NCBI GenBank assembly: GCA_040954595.2
Contig: CM082576.2
Location: forward strand, 15,007,129 to 15,071,128
Source: Balanoglossus misakiensis
Lineage: Eukaryota > Animalia > Hemichordata
DNA length: 64,000 bases
Direction: 5' to 3'
A program made the translations under genes and the position numbers. A model generated the notes under the pieces. The model had not been told where the DNA came from. It did not search any database and was given only the letters and a program-made list of their open reading frames with translations. Shown piece by piece: positions 12,269 to 24,063 of the stretch (its first letter is position 1; every line of letters starts with the position of its first letter).

Positions 12269-13977
12269 CGCGCGAGACAAGCACAACTAAAACCTCTGTC
12301 TCTACCTCACCCAAATGAAAGTTTGCGTGTGAAAAGGTGGCACTGAATCATTACTAACACTGGCGCCTTGTATATTTCTCCAGGTGACCTAAACCAGGTT
12401 TCTTGTATTGCGTGAATGTTTCTGTCTACTTTTATGTCCAGAATTCTTCTCCCTAAAGATGATGAGATAGTTATTACTAGCAGAAATCAAGTTCATTCTC
12501 CACAGAGAACCAAAAAAAAATCACTGACAAGTTTAATTTGTGTTTGACAGCCAGAGCGAGTGAGGGTTAGAATTGCTATATCATCCGCAAGTGCATGTGT
12601 ACTTACGAAGGTCGAGCCAACGAAACAGGCATTTCTTCCTTTGGAAGCTTAGTTCAACCAAATTTAATTAATAGATCGTTAGTACAGAACAAAATTTGTG
12701 ACATAGAAAGAACACTTCCATGCTAAATTCCTTGAAATACGGGGATATTTAGATGACATTAAAAACGTGCGCGTCATTCGATTGTCCATGGTGTACCCCA
12801 CTATGTCAGTTTTGAGCTGATGTTTGAGCATCATAGTATATGAAAGTTGCCAAATTGAAAGTTTTCAGTTAATTTAATACCGTGTTGTACAACTTCGCAA
12901 AGAGACCATTGCAGAATACAATATCAAACGCTTTGTTGGTGTCTAAGCTTCTTATGAACAATTTGGTATGGCGTTCAACATGATTATAAATAATTTCTTG
13001 AAATAATTGCTTTGTCCAAGCCAAGTCATCTTCACCGGCCCGCAAAGGTCAATGACCCGTGCGAGCGGACGATGAGGCCGAGTGGGTGGGAATTTCGGAA
13101 TCTGTTTTTTTTTTCAAAGCCATGGTTGAAAGCGTTGAAATTATTTTATAATATAATAAAGCATATAAGCAAGATGCTTTGATAATTATTAAGGTCAAAG
13201 TTTAGTTCGTGAGTATTCAATTCAGGGCGAAATTTATTCGTAAGATTTTTATCGACTTTATAATTAGCTCCAATCTCTTTAAAATATTAATTTCTGTTCT
13301 GTTCAAACTGCTGTTCCAAAGCCAGGACGTCAGCCATAACAGTTGGTGAAATACATGTATCTCTCAAGTTACTTTTGGGTCGATTTTCATTTACGTCTTC
13401 ATCGGAAAGTTAATCATCATCATCTGAGGGCTGGGCCACTTGACTCATTGATGCTAATTTTGGTTTCAGAATAGATGTGATAATTTCTGGATTTACTTAT
13501 AAATCATATCAGTCTTCTAAGTACTTTATCTTAGACTTGCTCCAAGTCTATGGGCTTCATTATGTGTAGGGAACGCGAGCTTGGTCGACGCTACCCGAAA
13601 CCACAAGCTCAGTCCCAAATTCGAAACTCACCTCACTACCAAAAACACGCTCAAGGCAAGCATGCAGGTAAAAAGTATTGAAATTATTTATTAAGACAAA
13701 AAACACAAAATGTATTGAGATTTAAAAATCACCAAGCGACGAGTGGGCTAGTCTAACTTTATCTGGAACAGACAGCCTTGATTTCCACATGTTGACGCGA
13801 TCAACTAGGGTACCACTTGGACAATTTGTTTGCAATTTGACGTGTAGGTTGACAAGATGGTAACGGAATCAATGAATTTCGTCCAAATTCCCATCCAACA
13901 TCGACTCGAACCTATCATAGTGGTTCAATGGAGCTTTGGCATGTTTGTATATTCTGACTGATACAGTTCGTTCAAAC

Positions 13978-14048
13978 GTTCATTCATTCATTCATTCATT
14001 CGTTCATTCATTCATTCATTCATTCGTTCGTTCGTTCGTTCATTCATT
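13978..14048. repeat. (TTCA/TTCG)n microsatellite
   Basis: Run of cattcattcatt/cgttcgtt seen directly. Confidence 0.95.
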
Positions 14049-14509
14049 GAACTGAACTTTCATTGTCTCCCAATTTACTGCTCTCAGTTCTGCAGGAATC
14101 AGAGGAACTGGCAAACCTGCTGTTGACTCAAATTTGCCGTTCAGTTCTTAATGTTGGTCTCCCCACTTCAATTATCGAAAAATGCCGGAGTTTTTACCTC
14201 AAAGTAATCGCGTCCACAAAAGCTTCATGTATTTGCGAACGGAACGCTAGAACTATTCAATTTTGGATAAGAAAATTCTTCTAGAAAGACTCGAAGTTCC
14301 GCAACTTGAAAATTGCAGATTCACGAAAAAAGATTATAGGCCTATTTGAACATTTTATTTCCATTAAACCTTCCCGGATGTACATGCATAGATTGTTCTC
14401 TCTCGATACACCCAGGGTCAATGATTTCATACAAGGTGGACTGGATAAATACATTCTTGACCCAGACCATGGTGCAAATATCAGGAGAAAATTGGAAACG
14501 GGAAGTCGA

Positions 14510-17500
14510 ATGTCTGACGTCACTTCCGACAAAAGTGTAAGTTTTAAAAATATCTTCCCAATTTGCTCAGCAACAGTTTCCCCCGACTCGCTATGACAGT
14601 GAAACCAACTTATTTTCCGAGCAAAGAATGTGTATTGTCAATAAACATATTATCAGCATGTTTTATTTATCACAAGTCAAATAAAATAAGAATAAAGGCA
14701 TTCCTATACTCAGGTCTACCTACCTAAGGCTATGAAATATGATAACCAAGCACTGCATCTGGGTGGTCATCTAACTTAAATCATTTATGCTTCGTTATTA
14801 GGTTAAACCAAACACGTCAAAGGACTGGCAACTCGATGTAGGATCTACTCTGAAAGATCAGCTTGGCTGTGGTTATGCGGAGACATTTGGTATTGCAGGT
14901 GGAGGGTTGGTCAATAAAGGCCAGGCATATGACACCGATAAGTTCGGAAAGGTCTACGTCAAGGTCAATTTGCAAACTGGAGTCAACGTGAGTCGAATGC
15001 CGTGTGATGGTTCAGTAATCACCCTATCCTATTCACTGCTGAAGAAAAATATAATTGTGATATAAATCTATTGCGAGAATTCCTAGTACATGTACTTGTA
15101 ACATAGTCGCACAGGACGACGTTTGCAACTCCATCAGTTTGCAATGTCTGAAGAAGACCATAATTAAACGAACACCGAAAAACAGATTTTCGGCAAAGGT
15201 AGGCAATCGTAAAATTTGTGCATAATTATGATCACATTTTACAGTCAATGTCCAATCTTCCACAGGCAAAACTGGTGTTTGAAGGGGAGATGGCTGGCTT
15301 GCACGCCATTATGGCCACACAGACAATCAGAGTCCCTCAGCCGTACAAACTCGTCGATTACGGACGAGGAGGAGGAGCCATATTGGTTTTGAAGTACACC
15401 GAGATGAAAGAAGTTGGTAAACATGCGGCGAAACTTGGAGAGCAGATTGCAAAGTAATTTGACATGTAATAAATGCATTTTTTTTCAAAAAGGATTCCTC
15501 AAAGCGAGAATAAAACTTTGCTTTCCGACACAGTCTGTAAGATAAATGATTCACCATGCATTTAAATAAAATTCTTCGTCTATTTCACCGTAAGGCTTCA
15601 TCTACACAATATAAATCTGGGGAAAGAGGAGAAGAAAGGTTCAAATCGCATTGGAAGCGTGGACCCTGTACATATCGATAAATATGGATTCGATTTGCCT
15701 ACGTGCACCGGAACTATGCCGACTGGGAATGAATGGCATGACGACTGGATGGTATGTACCGGTAGTCATGGCAATATGAGAGACATCATGTGGCAGAATG
15801 GCATCATGGGACGGTGTTAAGTATTTTATGCAAGGGGTTTTGCGCGTTTGTGATTATTACATATAATCCCATGATATCTTTCTTTGTTTGACGTCATCGT
15901 ATACGAGTGGTTTTCGCGGAGCAGTGCAACTTCGAGCCGCAGGCGAGAAGTTGTACGCTTCCGCGAAAACCACGAGTATACGATGACGTTAAACAAAGAA
16001 AGATATCATGGGATTATATATTTATCACATGAACAGTCTTCTTATTTTTCGTTAGAAGAGGCAGGACTAAAACAATTCAGTACCTTGCAACAATTTTGGA
16101 GCGGTGTCGTATTTTACTGAGCGGGATTATTTCCCCCAGGAGATATATGTTGGGAGATTTTATGAATGATCAGCGATAGTTCATCATTTGCATATACGCA
16201 AATGGTGAACTATCGCTGATCATTCATAAAATCTCCCAACAAGTCGTCCCGTTGAGTTCGTTCGCTCGAAGTTCGGCCTTACACAAATGTAATCGATTCT
16301 CTAACAATTTTACTGCAACCTGTTGCCACGTCTTATACATTTCGTTGACCGGTGCAATAGAGAGGTTCAGTCGTCACGCTGAACTGGCTCGAAACAATTC
16401 CCCACACTGATTCGACTCGGAACGTACCGGACTTGCGCCTAGCCTAGGCTATGTACACCTGACCCAAAACTTTGACAGCCACGATCGTCCATGATCGTTG
16501 CGTCGACTGTCTTCTTTCCAAATTCCACCTTTCTGTTTTGAGCTTACAAAGCGTTATTGTCATGGAACCGTAATTTTTTTATTTCATTTCTGTATTGTAA
16601 ATGCCGCGCGCTACACGTACTGTTTCTGTTTGACAACAAAGCTACGGCGAATCGGTGGAAATAGTTCCGGTTGATGACGTAACACAGGGGTGATCAGGAT
16701 TTTTGATCTGTCCTGGTCTACGTCACACAGGTGGTGATCAGGGCCAGTTCATGTGATAAAACGTCATATCTGTATTTTGTATTGTATTTTATTTGACGAA
16801 TAGTCGCTGGGACTGGGCCAAAGTGCCTCTCCGAGCTCTTGCATAAGTACACGCACCCTACCCTCTTACGTTCTTCATCTGTTACAAGTCTCTAATAGAA
16901 TTCTACAACAGAATACTTTGGTGAAAGCTCTTCTGGTTCGCAAAATCCGTGTTACTCACACATTTCATTCCGCCAAGCACTCAAAACTCATTTTTTCAGA
17001 GCGTCGTCCGGATTTGTCAGATATGCGCCTAGAACTCCGTTCCGAGATTAGATGCATTATATAAATCATTCTCCTCATTATTGTTATTTAAAACGATTGA
17101 AAAATGGCACGCTAAACAAACTTATTTGTTTGTTAACAGACATTCTTTGCCAGACAGAAGATTCAACACCAGATCGATGCCATTACGAAAGACCATGGTG
17201 ATCGGGAACTACTGGAACTCTGGTCTCAACTTCAGTTGGTGTTGCCGAAATTCTTCAAAGACCTTGAAATAAGGCCGTCGTTGCTGCATGGGGATTTGAC
17301 CAAGATAAATGTGTCTGGGGATGATGAAGGTCCAAGTGAGAAACGATTTATTATGATGTGTGTTTTTTTTAAACCTTCGTACCAGGTAAAGGTTTGTAGG
17401 ACCTATAATGTGCCGCGCAGGGTTGTGCTGTCACAATGTGTACATCAAATTTGACCAATTACAGGAACATGTCTGACTTATAATATACAAAATATTACCC

Positions 17501-18469
17501 TAAACACCAGATACGAGATGAATGTGTACCTCTGATATGGACAAAATCGTTTGAAATATGCCAATGAGCAGAAGCATTTCACGAAACATGTTCTGTAGTA
17601 CTGTTATGAGATCACACTAGCATACCTACATGTAATTACTCTTAATTGCTCTGTCTTCTTAAATTAAAGTTGCCTTCGACCCAGCGTGTTTCTACGGCCA
17701 CCATGAATTTGATCTGTCGTCAGTACTCTTGTATGGTGGATTTCCCAAGGAGTTCTTCACAGCTTATCACTCGCTCATCCCAAAGGCACCCGGATATGAT
17801 CAGAGGGAAAGACTATATCAGGTTTTCGGAGTTCTGAATGTCTGGTTGGTATACACAGCTGTTTTTATCCTCAAAGTGCCAATATACTGACACGATTGGT
17901 CGATTTAAAGATAGCAGTTTAATTAGGGTCAGTGGATAATTAAAACACTGGCATGACCACTGTAAATAATTGTGTTTTACCTAAAATCCACTGGAAGTAT
18001 GAAAATGTGACAAAGAGTGCTTTTACACGCACAGGCACTAAAAAGACATTTCACCCCTCCCCCCCCCCCCCCCCGCCCCATGAAGTAAAATAAATTGAAA
18101 CAGTATATTCAAATTTAAATTATCATTTATATACTTTTAACCCATGATTCTCAATGTCTTATCATTCATTCTTTTGCTGTGATTGTTAGAATTTGCCTCT
18201 ACTTTTTCGCATCAGTTAAAACATAATACGAGACAGTAAAATATAATTAAATTTTCTGAAAACGTTTCCTTGTGAATTCTAGCTCGCATAAACTTCAATT
18301 CGTATTTCTTTGGGTAAAATGAGAGCAAACATGACAATAGTAACACTTCTAGTTTTCTTTGAATAAACTTTTTAATCAGCACCATGTGTGATTTTTATCT
18401 CGCAGGAATCACTTCGGATCAGATTATAGACAACAAGCACTTGAATTGATGAAGAGCTTGCTGCAGTGA
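14510..18469 (+). CDS. Fructosamine-3-kinase / ketosamine-3-kinase family protein (FN3K/FN3KRP-like), divergent; spliced
   Basis: Exons: 14510-14536 (tentative; frame stays open upstream to further ATGs), 14802-14987, 15266-15453, 15595-15751, 17140-17335, 17670-17844, 18406-18469 (TGA). Motifs GGG..N.GQAYDTD..KVYVKVN, FEGEMAGL, KLGEQIAKLH, YGFDLPTC, PSLLHGDL, FDPACFYGHHEFDL, WNHFG are typical of the FN3K family. Confidence 0.88.
15861..16760. mobile_element. Hairpin-rich repeat element in the FN3K-like intron (class uncertain, possibly Crypton-type non-autonomous)
   Basis: Long hairpin 15861-16019 with cgagccgcaggcgag loop; inverted pair tttatcacatgaac (16021-16034) / gttcatgtgataaa (16747-16760); second near-perfect palindrome 16148-16241. 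Confidence 0.55.
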
Positions 18470-19194
18470 TCAACACCAAGGATAAGTGCATGGGAACATG
18501 GTGTCTCCAGAACGTACTACATGTATATCATTGAGGGTGAACCTGTCACTCACATCTGTCTGTACAAGATGACATCTGTTACATCCACTTTTAATTCCAG
18601 TTCTACATATCTGTACATATATGTAAAAAAATGTTATAAATGCTAATGGCCAGGATCGTATAAACAAGACATCATTTTGATTGTCTTCAGTCTTGTCGCC
18701 TTTGTAAATTAGCATATAATAATTCAACCAATCAGAACAAAGCATATGATAAAATTGGACAATTAAAAGATCTAATCACAATATTGTTCCACCAAAATAA
18801 TTATGACAGTGTATGTGTAATTGCATTGTCAACTGATCATATCCTTTTTATTCTCTTTGTACAAAGAAATGATGAAACAGATTTTTTTTTAAAAACGATA
18901 CAGACTTTAAACTTTAGCATAACTTCCTTTTATATCAATTATATATTCACTGCATAATTATGAAATGTGATACTGGTAAACACAACTTCTTTTCATGATT
19001 TTCAAAATCAACTTTTTATCTGGCATTTTATTGTGTGACTTAAAATGAAAATCTCTCACAGTTTGCGTATAATCAAGACTGTGTATGGGATATATCCATG
19101 TGGATGCCCCCATACGTGACAAAATACGGATTTTTATTAAAAAACAGTGATCGAAGTTTGAAGAACTGTTCCATGTAAACCGCCCTCAGCATAT

Positions 19195-19361
19195 GAAAAA
19201 TTAGCTATAGTTACCATGGCAAATATAGATCTAGCCAATCACAGATTTTCAGTGGGTAGCACACGCGAAAAAAAGAGCGCCACCATATGTTCTTTGGAAC
19301 GCTCAAATATGCCATTTCAGCCATATTTGGGTGTATGTAAATTGGAGGTGACTGTATACCT
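19195..19361. mobile_element. Kolobok-like MITE (family E) abutting the phnW2 stop codon
   Basis: Ends ggaggtgactgtatacct|TTAA; that TTAA (19362-19365) contains the TAA stop of phnW2. Homologous in reverse to 47255-47434. Confidence 0.65.
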
Positions 19362-22300
19362 TTAATCACTCAGAGGCAAAGGAACTCCCATTTCATGGCA
19401 CACCTCTTCAATGCATTTCAACAAATGTTCAACATCTTCTTGGAATATGTGGCCCATTGTGCCGATACTGAAAGTGGACGCCACTTTACCAGAATATATC
19501 ACTTGATCTGAAATGAAGAACACATACAGTGAGAAAGACGGTTTAAGTACATCTCTAACAAAAGAATACTGTGTTTTTATATTATTATTATAAGATCCGT
19601 CTTTTTAAAATAATAATTTGGAATGAAATGTTAAAATAAAATAGATAATAGTTGAATTTAGATAATACATGTAGTTGACTATAATCAATCACATTTCACT
19701 TTTCTTCATGTGCACACAAAATGGTATTAACAAACCTCTATCATTCAGTCTTCTGTAAAATTCTTGGAAATTAAAATTGGGATGTTTAGGATGGTGAAAT
19801 GGAGTAATAATGTATTGACTGTCAGCTTCATTTACGAGTTCTCGGAAGCCCATTCTCTTCATGCCACCTCTCAATACTTCACTGTTCGTTTTGTATCTGA
19901 AAACAACAAAAAAAGGTTTGATGAGATTTAAATAAATACATTCTGATTATGAGAAAGCACACCAAATGCAAACTACAGAATATGATTATCATCTAGCTAT
20001 ATGCAAAGGACTGGTTCAGGCATGTATGACAAAAGGGTCTCATCTTTCTTTTGATGGGGTCAGACACATCAAACCTTGAAATTATTTTAATTAAATACCT
20101 CTAGGCCTCGTAGCATGTATTAACTTATACAAAACAAGAATGGATGGAAATTGGATATACCACTTTCTACTTTTATACAAAACCTTAAATGGACTTAATA
20201 TGATGCCACTATTCTTGTTAAGGTGAATACCATGTATGTTGTCCACGTATTGACAGACATTGAAAGTACAGATACTGGATATTCTGTCTGTTTTTTTGTC
20301 GTCTGCTTCATGTTTAATGCTCGGCACAGGGCACTCATGTTAACGTTCATTATACAACTTATATACAGTAACATTGATGTTAGGCTAATACAATACCACA
20401 TTAACTCCAAAATTTTCACAGAATGTTAAAATTTTTAATTCAACTCCAATATAGCTAACCTTTGACACCTGCCTGCAACCCCTCCCTCAGCTTCATGTTC
20501 TAGTAAGGCTTGCTGGAATGCCAATATAGCGTGCGTTGGAGGAGTGAAGCGAAACTGATTGCGACCCTCTAGGTTCTCATATTCTGCCACCAGGTCTAGA
20601 CAGGAACTCCTAGCAACACCTGAAATATGAAACGATCGTCTGTAAACCTGGAACTCTCAGACTCAGTATGTGGTCAAGTTGTGGGAGATGAAAACCAATG
20701 GCCGATACATCCATGTCATAAACTACGAAATTGGTAAAAAAATAGATATCATAAATGGAAATTTTTTTTCATCATGACATCACTGTTTGCTATCATGTCA
20801 TCTAACTCAACAATTCTAGCAAATATCTGATTGTTGATACTTTCTAAATGTGATTTCCTTATTTCAAAATTAGGGACAAATCCAAATGTCATAAAATACT
20901 GTGAAAGCCAAAATCATGCACCACTCACAAAATTACTGGTAAAAGCTGGATCCAATAGACAAGGTAGGCAATTGATAAAACCTCAGTGACTCTAACTTTT
21001 GGCTATTTATTTGGTATTGTTCTCAACAAAGTTTGTATATAAGTAACAGCTAATGTCATTTTTGACAAATAAATTTGAGTCCGCACTGAAATTCAAGTAA
21101 TCAATAACAATACTGATCACTACAAAAGGCTGTGTTGGAAAACCAAATACTGAGCAATTCTTTATTTTTGACACAGTAGAACAAGAAACCACAGTTGATA
21201 CCCAAAACAAAAATACTGAGAAAATCACCCAACATGAAACACACTCTTTTACCTTTGCACTGAAGCAGTCTGTCCTTCTGGGCGATGACATAGGCAAAAC
21301 CTGGCACACTTTCCATGCATTTATTGGTTGGTCCAACTATGAAATGAACATTGCTTTTCTGAAGATCTAATGGCTCAGCACCAAAGGTGCATATGGCATC
21401 GACAAAATAGTTTGCTTCTGTTGAGTTAAAAAAAAGATTCTACTATTCTCACAGACAAATGAAAGCTGTTACAGGAAGAACACTCCACTGATTTCAACGG
21501 AAAAATTGAATGAACGTTCGACCACTCACAACTGCTATCCCGCTTGTATGATATGAGAGTAAAAACTCACCCAAATTGAATAAATGGTGGAGACCGATTA
21601 TTCATTTTGGTGAGTTTTTTCACTCTCGTATCTACAAGCGGGATGAAAGGTGTGTGTGGTTGAACGTTGATTCACTATATATCCACATGTAGAATAACAT
21701 AAACAGTGTCTCGTATCAAACATAATAAATGGAAAAATGGCAGCAAGAGAGAGACTTTGTGCCTTTAAGTGTTTAAAAGTGATCCTATGAGTGTTAACAC
21801 TATAGTTAAAATACCCATCCGATTAATAACAGAATACTTCACCTGGGTTGTATTTTTTAATGAGAGCTCCAACTTCACTGATGGAATTGAACACACCAGA
21901 TCCAGGTTCACAGTGGACCATGTAAACAGTAGTGAACACATCCTTCTTCAGACTCTCCTCAACTTTGCTCACATCAATTGGCCGGTCGTTTGGAAACTCT
22001 ATCAGAGTGTGATCCACAGCCAACACTTTGATCATCTGAGTTAATCTTCCATATGATCCGTTTTCAAGAATGAGAACCTGTGAGAATAAGTGGAGTTTAT
22101 GAGCGAATGATGTAGTTTAAAGTTCTAACAAGTTCGCCTGCTGTGGAACTTTACCTAGAACTTCATCACCTATCCATGGCTGACATCAATTTGTACGTTT
22201 GTGCATAAAAACCATCTTTGAGGTTTGTGATGTGTTTCCTGTTCAAAGCTCAACTGATGGCATTTTGTACATCTGTGATGTGCATAATATATCATCAGGC

Positions 22301-23895
22301 AACCAACCAATCTGAGTATTGTACAATGTATTGACCTATAGGTACCTATGTTTTTGTAAGGGAAAGTGTTTTGGTGTGCAAGGAATGCTTAACATTTAAG
22401 GATATTATTAGGATACGCTTAGAGAGACAGAAAGTCAGAAGTGCGGAGTTACTCCCAGAAGGATGAGAAAGAGAACTGGATCATGTTTTAACCAGCTGTT
22501 ACATTAAATTGGAAGAAGTCTCAAAAGACAAACGTGTCAGACACTGACAGTGTTATTGAAACTATTCCAAGTGTAATTAACCAGAGGACAGAATGCAGTG
22601 AGCATTAGTCTATTGATGTGACTAATAAAATGATGACTTTAAGCAGCATTAAGCAGTTATACTTTGCCAGCTTTTCTTGGAACAATAGTAGAAAGCACTG
22701 CTTCAATGGCATATGTGCCACTTCCTTGCATTAAAACCGATGTGTAGATGTCTGGCGAAGCACCTGCAAGAAGCAATTTATCAAATACAAGAGATAGCAT
22801 GAAATGTCTACAATCTAGGCTAAAGCATAATTTAGATAATGAAATGGTATTAAAATTTGGGAGTCTTTCGCAAAACATTGTTCAAAACAAAAAATGTGTT
22901 TCTAATGTTATTTATGGGTGTATTTTGTACAAGCACACATTGGTGCTTGGAATATTGCTCAGGGACAATCTCAAACTGTTGCAAAAGTTCAATAACAGCG
23001 TTTTGTTTAGATAAAAAGAACTTAAAAAGTGCTAAGTATGTGTGAAGTGGTTTGCTATGGAATTGTGGAGACCCTCTCAAAATTTTTAATAGTTACTTTT
23101 TTTTTACTACTGGGGAATTTAGTTTAGAATGTTCTTGATACTGTTACTAAGGGTTTGATGTATTAAAAACACATGCGAATTTGAAACATTGATAAAACAT
23201 ACCTGCAATTTCCAATAATTTCTTTCTTATAAATTTGATTGCACCAGTAAATTCCACATCTCTGGTGTTGATATCTTTGAGCATAGCTTGCTTTGTGGTT
23301 AAGCTGATGCCTGGGGATAGTGTGAACAGCTTCTTGTCACCTGTTAATAAATTAATGAGAGTTATAATTCAAGTGTAGTGAAACATTTGCAAATTACCCT
23401 GGTACTGTTTATTTTTAATTCAACAAAAGACAACTTCAACAACAACAACAACAACCATTGTTGTTGTTGGAATGATACTTTGTGTGACTGCAGTGAAAAT
23501 TTTACTATAAAGGTATTTTGGAATTTCTCAGTGTACATTGCATCACACTGCTTATGCAACATCCATTCCTGTGCACGTGGAAAAATAATTTGGCAAAAAA
23601 AGGGCAAACCAGAAAACAAAGACCGATGAACACTTTCATGTACGTTCTAGGTTTTGCCTGGTGTTTTGCCGTCCGCAGAATATAGTGCTACAGACTGACA
23701 GTACTGCAGCAAAGCTTCGACCATAGACAACTGGGTTGAACTTGAAGTGCGCAAACACATGTGACATGCATTGGTCATTCTGCTGACTGTCCACTTACCT
23801 TTTACGCTTGACATTATTCCTCGTTTGATTGATGCAAAAGGACTGCAAAATCTACTAGTATAACAGACTCCAAATCTCCGAATGGAAGCGTACAT
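19362..23895 (-). CDS. phnW: AEP transaminase-like protein, copy 2 (divergent phnW paralogue with N-terminal presequence); spliced
   Basis: Exons (minus): 23799-23895, 23203-23340, 22663-22763, 21843-22077, 21253-21417, 20460-20619, 19736-19896, 19362-19507 (TAA). Intron positions and phases match copy 1 (101/165/160/161-nt exons identical in length). ORF uninterrupted. Keeps QGSGT, ENGSYG, VDA, NKC and QFRFTPP; changed to FTLSP, HCEPGSG, GPTNK, IYSGK and TFSIG. Confidence 0.9.
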
Positions 23896-24063
23896 TTAGT
23901 TCAATTGAAGAAACAGCAGACGGATTTATCCTGCAGCGTGCAATCATCCAGGCCACCTTTCACCTTTGACCTCATTGTGCGCGTGCGCAGTACGATTTCC
24001 GCCATTTTATTTACCGTGCACATGAGAAACCGAAATAGAGAGAGGAACACATAGAAAACTATA
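23896..24063. promoter_or_regulatory. Compact bidirectional promoter phnW2/PSMA3
   Basis: 168 bp between divergent ATGs. NRF1-like TGCGCGTGCGCA (23978-23989), YY1-like CCGCCATTTT (23999-24008), DR1 nuclear-receptor-like TCACCTTTGACCT (23960-23972). Confidence 0.65.

Noticed and set aside
9500-13500. Possible autonomous transposon in the phnW1-FN3K spacer
   Set aside because: Looks like TE subterminal sequence, but no long ORF or matching termini were found; left unclassified apart from the MITEs.
13565-13770. Possible solo LTR (TG...CA)
   Set aside because: No target-site duplication, PBS/PPT or second copy is visible.
2237-23895. Bacterial contamination or recent HGT of a phn operon
   Set aside because: Both phnW copies have spliceosomal introns, host MITEs and animal neighbours, with no operon structure.
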